Below, one piece after another: positions 9,576 through 17,251 of a stretch of DNA of 47,790 bases. Position 1 is the first letter of the stretch; every line of letters begins with the position of its first letter. The position numbers were made by a program, and so were the translations under genes. The DNA lies in contig JACOVF010000150.1 of NCBI GenBank assembly GCA_016177465.1, positions 1-47,790 of the forward strand, given 5' to 3'. The DNA comes from Gemmatimonadota bacterium. Its GTDB lineage: Bacteria > Gemmatimonadota > Gemmatimonadetes > Gemmatimonadales > GWC2-71-9. The notes under the pieces are model-generated. The model worked only from the letters and a program-made list of their open reading frames with translations, made no database searches and was not told the origin of the DNA.

Positions 9576-11790
9576 CGTAGCTGAACGCGTGCTGCGTTCC
9601 GCGGTGACAGGGGGCGCTGGTATGGTTGCCACGCTCGTGCTGGCCACGGGAACCGGCGCCGAGGCGCTCGCGCAGGCGTACGGTCCGGTCCGCGAGGCGC
9701 GCCTCGCCTGGATCGGCGGCGGAATCCGGCTCGACGGCGTGCCGGACGAGCCGCTCTGGGGCACGGCCGATTCCATCACGGACTTCATCCAGCGCGACCC
9801 CGCCGAAGGGGCGCCGCCGAGCGAGCGGACCGTGGTGCGCCTCCTCGGCACTAGAGACGGCTTGTACATCGGGGTCTGGGCGTACGACCGGGAGCCCGCC
9901 ACGATCCGCCACGCCCAGCTGCGGCGGGACGCGGACTTCGAGTCGGACGACCATTTCAGCGTGATCCTCGATCCCCAGCGGGACCACCGCTCGGGATACG
10001 TCTTCGCGGTGAACCCGAACGGGGCGTTGCGGGACGCCGAAATGCTCACCTTCGAGAGCGCCAACACCGACTGGAACGGTGTGTGGGACGCCCGGGCGCG
10101 GCGCACGCCGTCCGGATGGACGGCGGAGCTGTTCCTTCCCTGGCAGACCCTGCGCTACCGTCGAGACGCGGACGTGTGGGGGGCGAACTTCCAGCGGGTG
10201 ATCCGGCGCACAAACGAGGAGGCGCTGTGGCGCGCGTGGCGCCGCACCGAAGGGCTTCTGTTCCTCGAGAAGGCCGGCCTGATCGCCGGGTTCACGGCGT
10301 TGCCGCCGCGTGGTCGCGTCGAGCTGCGTCCGTATACGACCGTCACCGCAGAGCTGCGCGACCTGAGCTACGCAGCGGACGGCAGCGACTCAATCCGTGC
10401 CCTGGCCAGCCAGTCGGGGAAGGCAGGTATCGATGCCAAGGTGGCGGTGGCGTCGACGCTCACCCTCGACCTTACCGCCAACACTGACTTCGCCCAGGTC
10501 GAAGCGGACCGCCAGGTGGTGAACCTGACCCGCTTCCCGCTTTTCTTCCCGGAGAAACGCACGTTCTTTCTCGAGTCGGGCGGGATTTTCGAGTTCGGGC
10601 AGCGGGAACGGACGCTGGTGTTCCACAGCCGGCGGATCGGGCTGGCCCCGGACGGCACCCCGATCCCACTCACCGGCGGCGCCCGGCTCACGGGACGGAG
10701 CGGCCGGGAACGGATCGGTCTGTTGGTGGTGCGGACGGGCGACCCGGAACGCGCTTTGGATGTTGTCGCGCGCGTGAAGCGCGACGTGTTGGCGCAGGGG
10801 TACGTGGGTGGGATCTTCGCGAGCCAGTCGGGGCCGGGGGTGAGCGGGATACGGCTCACGGGTGGCCTGGACCTCAATCTCCCATTCGTGGTGCGGGGGC
10901 AGAATCTGGTGCTCGCAGCGTTCGCCGCGAGTTCCCGGGACCGCGCCGGTACACCGGCCCGGGCTGCATGGCGTATGTTTCTAGACTACCCCAACGACTT
11001 GATGGACAACTTCATCGGATACACTCGGGTCGAGCGCGGCTTCGATCCGGCACTGGGGTTCGTCTCCGAGACCGGCATCGACCTCTTCCAAGGTCGGCTG
11101 CAGATCACGCCGCGGCCGCACCGATGGGGAATCCGCAAGCTGCTCTTCGAGCCGATCAGCTGGGAGCACGTGACCGATGTGGACGGCGACCTCTCCCACG
11201 CGCGCTACAGCGTCCAGCCGCTCGGCGCGCGGCTCGACAGCGGCGATGAGTTCGAATTCCAGTTCCACCGTCTATCGGACGTGCCGCCCGACACCTTCGA
11301 GATCTTCCCGGGCGATACGATCCTCCCTGGCCGCTACGACTGGACCCGCGCCGAGCTTGAGCTCTCGAGCTCGAATGCCCGCGCGGTGAGCGTCAGCGTG
11401 GGGGCCAGCGCCGGGGAGTACTATTCGGGGCACGCGACGGAAGTCGAAGCCGAGCTGACGGTGCGGACGGCGCGGTATCTCCTCACCAACCTGGAACTGT
11501 CCCAGCAGGACGTCCGGCTCCCCTCGGGGAGCTTTGTGGCGCGCACGGCACGGCTGCGGATCGATCTCGCCGCCTCGCCGCGGCTCAACACGACGGTGTT
11601 CCTCCAGGGCGACAACGAGTCCAACCGGCTCACGCTGAACGCGCGGCTGCACTGGATCCCGTCGCCCGGGAGCGACGCCTACCTCGTGTGGAACAGCGCC
11701 TGGCCCACGGGCCTGCCGAACGGCATCCCGTGGCGCCAGCCGCAGCGCGGGGCTTTGGTCGGCAAGCTGGTCTACTACTTCCGGGTATAA
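9565..11790 (+). CDS. CBM9-like / DUF5916 domain protein (secreted or outer-membrane)
   Basis: Signal peptide ending ALAQA. LDGVPDEPLWG..ITDFIQRDPAEGAPPSERT..DGLYIGVWAYD..RRDADFESDDHFSVILDPQRDHRSGYVFAVNPNG matches the CBM9/DUF5916 pattern. Confidence 0.8.
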   Translation: MHRSVAERVLRSAVTGGAGMVATLVLATGTGAEALAQAYGPVREARLAWIGGGIRLDGVPDEPLWGTADSITDFIQRDPAEGAPPSERTVVRLLGTRDGLYIGVWAYDREPATIRHAQLRRDADFESDDHFSVILDPQRDHRSGYVFAVNPNGALRDAEMLTFESANTDWNGVWDARARRTPSGWTAELFLPWQTLRYRRDADVWGANFQRVIRRTNEEALWRAWRRTEGLLFLEKAGLIAGFTALPPRGRVELRPYTTVTAELRDLSYAADGSDSIRALASQSGKAGIDAKVAVASTLTLDLTANTDFAQVEADRQVVNLTRFPLFFPEKRTFFLESGGIFEFGQRERTLVFHSRRIGLAPDGTPIPLTGGARLTGRSGRERIGLLVVRTGDPERALDVVARVKRDVLAQGYVGGIFASQSGPGVSGIRLTGGLDLNLPFVVRGQNLVLAAFAASSRDRAGTPARAAWRMFLDYPNDLMDNFIGYTRVERGFDPALGFVSETGIDLFQGRLQITPRPHRWGIRKLLFEPISWEHVTDVDGDLSHARYSVQPLGARLDSGDEFEFQFHRLSDVPPDTFEIFPGDTILPGRYDWTRAELELSSSNARAVSVSVGASAGEYYSGHATEVEAELTVRTARYLLTNLELSQQDVRLPSGSFVARTARLRIDLAASPRLNTTVFLQGDNESNRLTLNARLHWIPSPGSDAYLVWNSAWPTGLPNGIPWRQPQRGALVGKLVYYFRV

Positions 11791-11799
11791 GGAGGACAC

Positions 11800-12606
11800 A
11801 TGCTGGCAGCTCTCTTCCTTGCCCTTGCGGCGGTCCAGGGCCCCGAGCTGGTGTCCCCGCTCGGACGTCCATTGTTCGCGCGGGCCGATACTGCGGGAGT
11901 CGTGGCGAAGGCGGAGAGCGTCGTCGCGCGGGCGCCGCACGATGTGGACTCGCTCCTCCGACTCGGGCAGACGCTGGCATCCGTCTGGCGGTATCACGAC
12001 GCCATCGACGTATACTCCCGGGCGATCGCCCTCGCGTCGGGACGGGCGATCCTGTATCGCCACCGCGGGCACCGGTATATCTCCACACGGCAGTTCGGCA
12101 AGGCAATCGCCGACCTCGATCGGGCGGCGGAACTCGATTCGACAAGTTTCGACATCTGGTATCATCTGGGGCTGGCCTACTATCTCACCGGCCGGTTCGC
12201 CCACGCGGCCCGGGCCTACCGCCGCTGTGTGGCCGCGGCCGACAGTCCGGACAACCTCGTGGCGGTCTCGGACTGGCTGTGGATGAGTCTGCGGCGGGCG
12301 GGGGAGGACTCCGCCGCGGCGGCGGTGCTGGCCGGGATCCGGGACAGCCTGGACGTGCGGGAGAACACCGCCTACTACAACCGGTTACTTTTCTACCAGG
12401 GTCGGCGGATGGAAGCCGATCTCCGGGCCCTGATGGCCACGGGCGACCTCGAGTTCGCCACCGTGGGATACGGCCTTGCCACTTGGCACTTGATCCGCGG
12501 CGACACCACGACGGCCCGGGCGCTGTTCCGGCAGATCGTGGCCGGGACCTACTGGCCGGCGTTCGGGTTCATCGCCGCCGAGACGGAACTGCTGAGGACT
12601 CCATGA
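11800..12606 (+). CDS. TPR-repeat protein with signal peptide
   Basis: Strong SD AAGGAGG at 11789-11795. Contains TPR-like helical repeats (e.g. AIADLDRAAELDSTSFDIWYHLGLAYYLTGRF). Confidence 0.75.
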   Translation: MLAALFLALAAVQGPELVSPLGRPLFARADTAGVVAKAESVVARAPHDVDSLLRLGQTLASVWRYHDAIDVYSRAIALASGRAILYRHRGHRYISTRQFGKAIADLDRAAELDSTSFDIWYHLGLAYYLTGRFAHAARAYRRCVAAADSPDNLVAVSDWLWMSLRRAGEDSAAAAVLAGIRDSLDVRENTAYYNRLLFYQGRRMEADLRALMATGDLEFATVGYGLATWHLIRGDTTTARALFRQIVAGTYWPAFGFIAAETELLRTP

Positions 12607-13040
12607 GGAATCTGAACACCCCGATGTATGATCCGCGGCTTGTCCAACCGATGCGCGAGGAGCTGACGCGGATCGGGTTCGAGGAACTGCGCACGCCCCA
12701 GGAAGTGGACGCGGTCCTCGGTGCGACCACGAGCACGGTGCTGGTCGTGGTGAACTCGGTGTGCGGCTGCGCCGCGCGCAACGCGCGCCCGGCGGCGGCG
12801 CTCGCGGTCCAGCACCCGCGGCGCCCCCAGCGGCTGACGACCGTCTTCGCAGGCCAGGACGGCGACGCGACCGGCCGGGCGCGCGGCTACTTCGAAGGGT
12901 ATCCGCCGTCGTCGCCGCAGATCGCCCTCCTCAAGGACGGGAAGCTCCTGTTCATGCTCGAGCGCCGCCAGATCGAAGGGCGGGAGGCGACGGACATCGC
13001 CGCGGACCTCGTCGCGGCGTTCGATCGCTACTGCGTGTAA
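12603..13040 (+). CDS. bacilliredoxin BrxA/BrxB (YphP/YqiW, DUF1094) family protein
   Basis: ATG 12603 overlaps the TPR stop (ATGA). CGC redox motif within VVVNSVCGCAARNARP. Length of about 145 aa is typical. The long upstream part of track ORF 11688-13040 is a shadow. Confidence 0.8.
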   Translation: MRNLNTPMYDPRLVQPMREELTRIGFEELRTPQEVDAVLGATTSTVLVVVNSVCGCAARNARPAAALAVQHPRRPQRLTTVFAGQDGDATGRARGYFEGYPPSSPQIALLKDGKLLFMLERRQIEGREATDIAADLVAAFDRYCV

Positions 13041-13050
13041 CCGCGGCTCC

Positions 13051-13425
13051 ATGACAGACGAACCGCCGAAACAGCTCATCGTCGTCGGGGACCGGGTGCT
13101 GATCGCCCCCGAGGAGGGGGAGGAGCGGACCAACGTCGGCTTGTACCTGCCCCCGACCGCGGTCGAGAGCCGGCAGGTGCAGGGCGGCCGGATCGTCGCC
13201 ACCGGTCCCGGCACCCCGATGACCGAGCCCGCCAGCATGGACGAGGAGCCGTGGAAGATCCACGGAGCGGAGGTGAAATACCTGCCGATGCAGGCGGAGG
13301 TAGGGGACTACGCCCTGTTCTTCCGCAAGGCTGCGGTGGAGATCACGTTCGAGGGGAAGACGTACCTCGTGGTGCCGCAAGCGGCGATCCTGGTCCTCGT
13401 GCGGGAGAACACACACCTCGAGTAG
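13051..13425 (+). CDS. GroES (Cpn10) family protein, divergent with internal insertion
   Basis: GDRVLIAPEEGEERTNVGLYLP ... GRIVATGPG ... VGDYALF ... FEGKTYLVV follows the Cpn10 pattern, with about 20 extra residues. No adjacent groEL. Confidence 0.7.
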   Translation: MTDEPPKQLIVVGDRVLIAPEEGEERTNVGLYLPPTAVESRQVQGGRIVATGPGTPMTEPASMDEEPWKIHGAEVKYLPMQAEVGDYALFFRKAAVEITFEGKTYLVVPQAAILVLVRENTHLE

Positions 13426-13456
13426 AAAGGATCAGCGCCGCAACAATCGGGTCCCG

Positions 13457-14650
13457 GTGGCCGCGCCGGGGCCCGTTTTCTTTTGGGGCATGTTCGATCG
13501 GGCGCGGGACGTGCTCGCGCAGCACTGGGGGTACCCTGGCTTCCGAGTGCCCCAGCTCAAGGTACTCGGCCCTCTCTTCGGCGGCCGCAGCGTCCTTGCC
13601 GTGCTCCCGACCGGGGCGGGGAAGTCGCTCTGCTTCCAGGTGCCCGCGCTCCTCGCCGACGGGCTCACCGTCGTGGTCTCGCCGCTCATTTCGCTGATGC
13701 AGGACCAGGTGCGGGCGCTCGTGCGCCGCGGGCTTCCCGCGGCGTATCTCAACAGCCAGCTCACGGCCAGGGTCCGCCGCCGGGTGCTGGAGGCGGTGCT
13801 CGCGCGGCGCGTGAAGCTCCTGTACTGCGCCCCCGAGCGGCTCGCGTCGCTCAGCCGCTGGCTGCGAGCCCGGGCCGTCGCCGTGTCGCTCCTGGCGGTG
13901 GACGAGGCCCACTGCGTGGCCGACTGGGGCAACGAGTTCCGGCCGGTGTACCGCCGCTTGGGGGAATTCCGCTACCTGTTGCACGATCCGCCGACCATCG
14001 CCCTCACGGGAAGCGCCACCCCAGCCACGCGCCGGGAGATCCTCAAGGTCCTGCGGCTGCCGGAGGCCGAGGTCGTGATGACCTCCTTCGACCGGCCCAA
14101 CCTCCGATTTGTCGTGGAGCGGGTCCGGGATGACCGCGAGCGCTTCCGCCGGCTGCGGGAGCTGATTCGCGACACCCGTGGGCAATGCATCGTGTACGTC
14201 CCCACTCGTCGGCTCACCGAACTGGTGACGCGGGCACTGCTCCGCGTGTCCGTTCGGACCGTGCCCTACCATGCTGGCCTCACGCCTGAGGTCCGTCGCA
14301 AAGTGCTGGTCGCGTTTCTCCGGGGTCGGACGCCCGTCATCATCGCGACGACGGCGTTCGGGATGGGGATCGACAAGCCCGACGTGCGCCGGGTGATCCA
14401 CTGGGGGCCGGCCCGCACGCTGGAGGGCTACTACCAGGAAGCTGGGCGAGCCGGCCGGGACGGGAAGCCATCTGAGTGCACCATCCTGTGGCGGCCTGGC
14501 GACTTCGAGTGGGGAGTCGTTGCGTCGGAGATGGGGCAGTACGTGGAGCGGCGGCGATGCCGGAGAAGGATGCTGCTGGAGTATTTCGGGGAAAGGCTGG
14601 AGGGGAAGTGCAGCGGCTGCGACGTCTGTGGCCCGGTCGCTGTCGCCTAG
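13457..14650 (+). CDS. RecQ-family ATP-dependent DNA helicase (short form, no HRDC)
   Basis: Helicase motifs LPTGAGKSLCFQVPA, DEAHCVADWG, TTAFGMGIDKPDVRRVIHW and QEAGRAGRDG. Zn-binding tail CRRRMLLEYFGE...CSGCDVC. Alternative start ATG 13490 (MFDRARDVL). Confidence 0.88.
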   Translation: MAAPGPVFFWGMFDRARDVLAQHWGYPGFRVPQLKVLGPLFGGRSVLAVLPTGAGKSLCFQVPALLADGLTVVVSPLISLMQDQVRALVRRGLPAAYLNSQLTARVRRRVLEAVLARRVKLLYCAPERLASLSRWLRARAVAVSLLAVDEAHCVADWGNEFRPVYRRLGEFRYLLHDPPTIALTGSATPATRREILKVLRLPEAEVVMTSFDRPNLRFVVERVRDDRERFRRLRELIRDTRGQCIVYVPTRRLTELVTRALLRVSVRTVPYHAGLTPEVRRKVLVAFLRGRTPVIIATTAFGMGIDKPDVRRVIHWGPARTLEGYYQEAGRAGRDGKPSECTILWRPGDFEWGVVASEMGQYVERRRCRRRMLLEYFGERLEGKCSGCDVCGPVAVA

Positions 14651-14671
14651 GGTGAGCTAGGTGCCTTTGGA

Positions 14672-14703
14672 CCCCGGGCCGCCAGCCCGGGGTTAACCCA
14701 CCC
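14672..14703. repeat. REP-like palindrome (left)
   Basis: Stem CCCCGGGC (14672-14679), loop CGCCA, stem GCCCGGGG (14685-14692), followed by TTAACCCACCC. Confidence 0.8.
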
Positions 14704-14716
14704 GAATGGAGGTCGT

Positions 14717-15115
14717 GTGACTCGGGGAGCCCACAAGGCGTGCGGTCTGTACGCCCACATAACGTGGCACACGTGGCGGCGCGAGCCATCCATTCGGAAA
14801 GGAGACGTGGATGCCATCACGGCGGTCGTGCGCGAGGCGGCGACGTCCCGCGGCGTGCGCGTGCACGGCTTGGCGGTGTTGCACGACCACGTACACGTGC
14901 TAGTGAGTTACAACCCAGCGGCTGCGCTTACCCCGTTCATTCGGCATGCCAAGTCAGAATCCGCGAGACGCTTGAATCTGGGCAGGCATCCAGCGTTGCC
15001 GTTCAGGTGGTGCCGTGGGTACTACGCTGGGTCTCTATCCCGTTCACACGTTGACGCCGCGCGAAGGTACCTTGCACGGCAACGCATCCGACATCCGGAC
15101 CGCATCCCACAGTAG
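14717..15115 (+). CDS. REP-associated tyrosine transposase (RAYT), IS200/IS605 TnpA-like
   Basis: HUH motif HDHVHVLV and catalytic Tyr region WCRGYYAGS, in about 130 aa. GGAGG at 14708-14712 lies upstream of GTG 14717. Confidence 0.85.
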   Translation: MTRGAHKACGLYAHITWHTWRREPSIRKGDVDAITAVVREAATSRGVRVHGLAVLHDHVHVLVSYNPAAALTPFIRHAKSESARRLNLGRHPALPFRWCRGYYAGSLSRSHVDAARRYLARQRIRHPDRIPQ

Positions 15116-15131
15116 CCGCCGCACCTTTCGA

Positions 15132-15168
15132 GGGTGGGTTAACCCCGGGGCGGTGCCCCGGGGTTAAC
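15132..15168. repeat. REP-like palindrome (right)
   Basis: Perfect 13-bp stem GTTAACCCCGGGG (15138-15150), loop CGGTG, then CCCCGGGGTTAAC (15156-15168). Confidence 0.85.
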
Positions 15169-15190
15169 GGAGCACGGACTCCCTCCCGTG

Positions 15191-15217
15191 GTTACCGGGC
15201 GGTGCTACGGGGTTAAC
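15191..15217. repeat. degenerate third REP copy
   Basis: GTTACCGGG-CGGTG-CTACGGGGTTAAC has the same loop and outer arms as the 15138-15168 hairpin, but the stem has decayed. Confidence 0.55.
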
Positions 15218-15237
15218 GAGAGCGTAGGCAGGCCTGG

Positions 15238-15243
15238 TATATT
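15238..15243 (+). promoter_or_regulatory. -10-like box TATATT, 7 nt upstream of the ACAD ATG (leaderless-type geometry)
   Basis: TATATT-ccctccc-ATG with no Shine-Dalgarno. The nearest -35-like sequence, TTAACG, lies in the degenerate REP with a long 19-nt spacer. Confidence 0.35.
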
Positions 15244-15250
15244 CCCTCCC

Positions 15251-16471
15251 ATGCACGACACCCTCTACTTCACCGAGCATCACCACCAGGTCCGCGATAT
15301 GGTGCGGGACTTCGCGCAGAACGTCGTGAAGCCCTCCGCCCGCACCTACGACCAGGAAAGCAGGTTCCCCTGGGACAACGTCAAGCAGATGGCGGACCTC
15401 GGGCTGTTCGGGATCGCCTGGCCAGAGGCGCTGGGTGGGGCCGGGATGGACTATCTCGCTTACGTCATCGCGGTCCACGAGCTGGCCAAGGTCGACGCAA
15501 GCCACGCCATCACCGTCAGCGCCCACACCACCCTCGGCACCTCGCCGATCGTGGACTTCGGGACCGAGGAGCAGAAGCACCGCTTCGTCCCACTGCTGGC
15601 GACGGGAAAGGTGCTGGGCGGGTTCGGGCTGACGGAGGCGGGGGCCGGGTCGGATGCGGGGGGCACCGCCACGGTGGCGGTGGACAGGGGCGATCACTAC
15701 GTCCTGAACGGCTCCAAGATCTTTATCACGCACGCAGGCGTGGGGGAGATCTTCCTCGTCACCGCCCGCACCGATCCCACCGCCAAGAAGACGCGTGGCA
15801 TCACGGCGTTCATCGTCACGAAGGACACGTGCGACCTGGAAGAAGCGCAGCGGGTCGGCATCGGCCACGACCCCGATCTCCCCAAGTGCCCCGGCGTGTT
15901 CGCCGGAAAGAAGGAAGAGAAACTCGGCTGGCGGGCGTCGGATACGCGGGAACTGATCTTCCAGGACGCGATCGTTCCGAAGGAGAACGTCCTCGGCCCG
16001 ACCAACAATGGCTTCCGCCAGTTCCTGCACACGCTGGACGGCGGTCGCATCGGCGTGGGCGCACTGGCGCTCGGGATCGCCGAGGGGGCGCTGGAAGAGT
16101 GCCTGCAGTACACGTCCACCCGCAAGCAGTTCGGCCGGCCGATCGCGAACTTTCAGGGGGTGCATTTCGCGCTCGCCGACATGGCGACGGAGATCGAGGC
16201 GGCGAAGCACCTCGTTTACCACGCGGCCTGGCTCAAGCAGCACGGCCTTCCGTTCAAAAAGGAGGCGGCGATGGCCAAGCTCTACGCCTCCGAGCTGTGC
16301 ATGCGCGCCACGATCAAGGCCGTTCAGCTACACGGCGGCTACGGCTACACCACCGAGTACCCGGTCGAGCGGATGATGCGGGACGCCAAGATCTGCGAGA
16401 TCGGGGAAGGAACGAGCGAGATCCAGCGGATCGTGATCGCCCGGCAGCTGCTGGGGGGGCTGATCGACTAG
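15251..16471 (+). CDS. acyl-CoA dehydrogenase (short/branched-chain type)
   Basis: Start at [15 protein letters not shown] motifs [23 protein letters not shown] and [35 protein letters not shown]. Track start 15188 would read through the REP copy. Confidence 0.92.
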   Translation: MHDTLYFTEHHHQVRDMVRDFAQNVVKPSARTYDQESRFPWDNVKQMADLGLFGIAWPEALGGAGMDYLAYVIAVHELAKVDASHAITVSAHTTLGTSPIVDFGTEEQKHRFVPLLATGKVLGGFGLTEAGAGSDAGGTATVAVDRGDHYVLNGSKIFITHAGVGEIFLVTARTDPTAKKTRGITAFIVTKDTCDLEEAQRVGIGHDPDLPKCPGVFAGKKEEKLGWRASDTRELIFQDAIVPKENVLGPTNNGFRQFLHTLDGGRIGVGALALGIAEGALEECLQYTSTRKQFGRPIANFQGVHFALADMATEIEAAKHLVYHAAWLKQHGLPFKKEAAMAKLYASELCMRATIKAVQLHGGYGYTTEYPVERMMRDAKICEIGEGTSEIQRIVIARQLLGGLID

Positions 16472-16492
16472 ACGCTGACCCGTCTTCCCCCG

Positions 16493-17236
16493 TCAGACCT
16501 CCGGTGTCTGATACGGTGCCGGCTCCGGCGTTTTCTCCTCTGGATGCGAGATCTCCTTGTGGAGATGCTCCAGGAGCTCCAGTTGCCGTTGCTGCAGGTG
16601 CCACAGCTCGTGCCACTGCTTGAACCGCAGCCCGTCCAGTTTCTCGTGCAGGTCCCGGATCTCGATCTCCGCCATCAGGTTGATCTCATAGTCCTGGGTC
16701 GCCTGCATCCGGTCCTTCTCGGTCTGGCGGTTCTGGCTCATCATGATCACCGGCGCCTGTAGCGCGGCGAGGGTTGAGAGCACGAGGTTCAGCAGGATAA
16801 ACGGGTAGGGATCGAACGGCCGTGACACCAGCAGCCAGGTGTTGATCGCCATCCAGCTGAGGAGGATCCCGCCGAAGAGCCCGATGAACCGCCAGCTCCC
16901 GCCGAACTGCGCGACCCGGTCGGCAACCCGCGCGCCCAGGGTCATCTGGGCCTCGAATTCCCGGTGTACCAGCTTGCTCACGCGCCCCTTCCGCGCGAGC
17001 CGGGAGACGAGGGACTTCTCCATCTCGGAGATCTTGTCGTACTCGTCCTCGAGATAGCCGAGGAATTTTTTGGCGCGGTACTGCTCGCGGCAGTTCTGGC
17101 AGATACCGCGCTTCCCCTCCCAATCGGGGCGCTCGCGCCTGATCACGTCAACGAGGGGCGGTTCCAGCTTCTGGGGCGCAACGAGGGTCCGGGTGTCGAC
17201 GAGCGTCCGGCACAGGGAGCATTCCGCCTTGGCCAT
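16493..17236 (-). CDS. DUF1003 membrane protein with N-terminal CxxC zinc-ribbon-like motifs
   Basis: FGGSWRFI..., two TM spans and LQAPVIMMSQNRQ..KDR are characteristic of DUF1003. N-terminus carries CSLC...CQNC. Confidence 0.8.
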   Translation of the reverse strand: MAKAECSLCRTLVDTRTLVAPQKLEPPLVDVIRRERPDWEGKRGICQNCREQYRAKKFLGYLEDEYDKISEMEKSLVSRLARKGRVSKLVHREFEAQMTLGARVADRVAQFGGSWRFIGLFGGILLSWMAINTWLLVSRPFDPYPFILLNLVLSTLAALQAPVIMMSQNRQTEKDRMQATQDYEINLMAEIEIRDLHEKLDGLRFKQWHELWHLQQRQLELLEHLHKEISHPEEKTPEPAPYQTPEV

Positions 17237-17251
17237 GGGAGTCCTGCCTGC

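Larger units (their letters stand above)
14672..15168. mobile_element. REP-RAYT unit: IS200/IS605-like Y1 transposase gene flanked by inverted REP hairpins
   Basis: A perfect 18-bp inverted repeat, CCCGGGGTTAACCCACCC (14686-14703) and GGGTGGGTTAACCCCGGG (15132-15149), brackets the HUH/Y1 gene. Each end also forms a GC-rich hairpin. Confidence 0.8.

Noticed and set aside
16472-16492. Possible bidirectional terminator between the convergent ACAD and DUF1003 genes.
   Set aside because: Only 4-5 bp stems can be drawn (GACG/CGTC, CTGAC/GTCAG) and there is no T-tract. It is not supportable.
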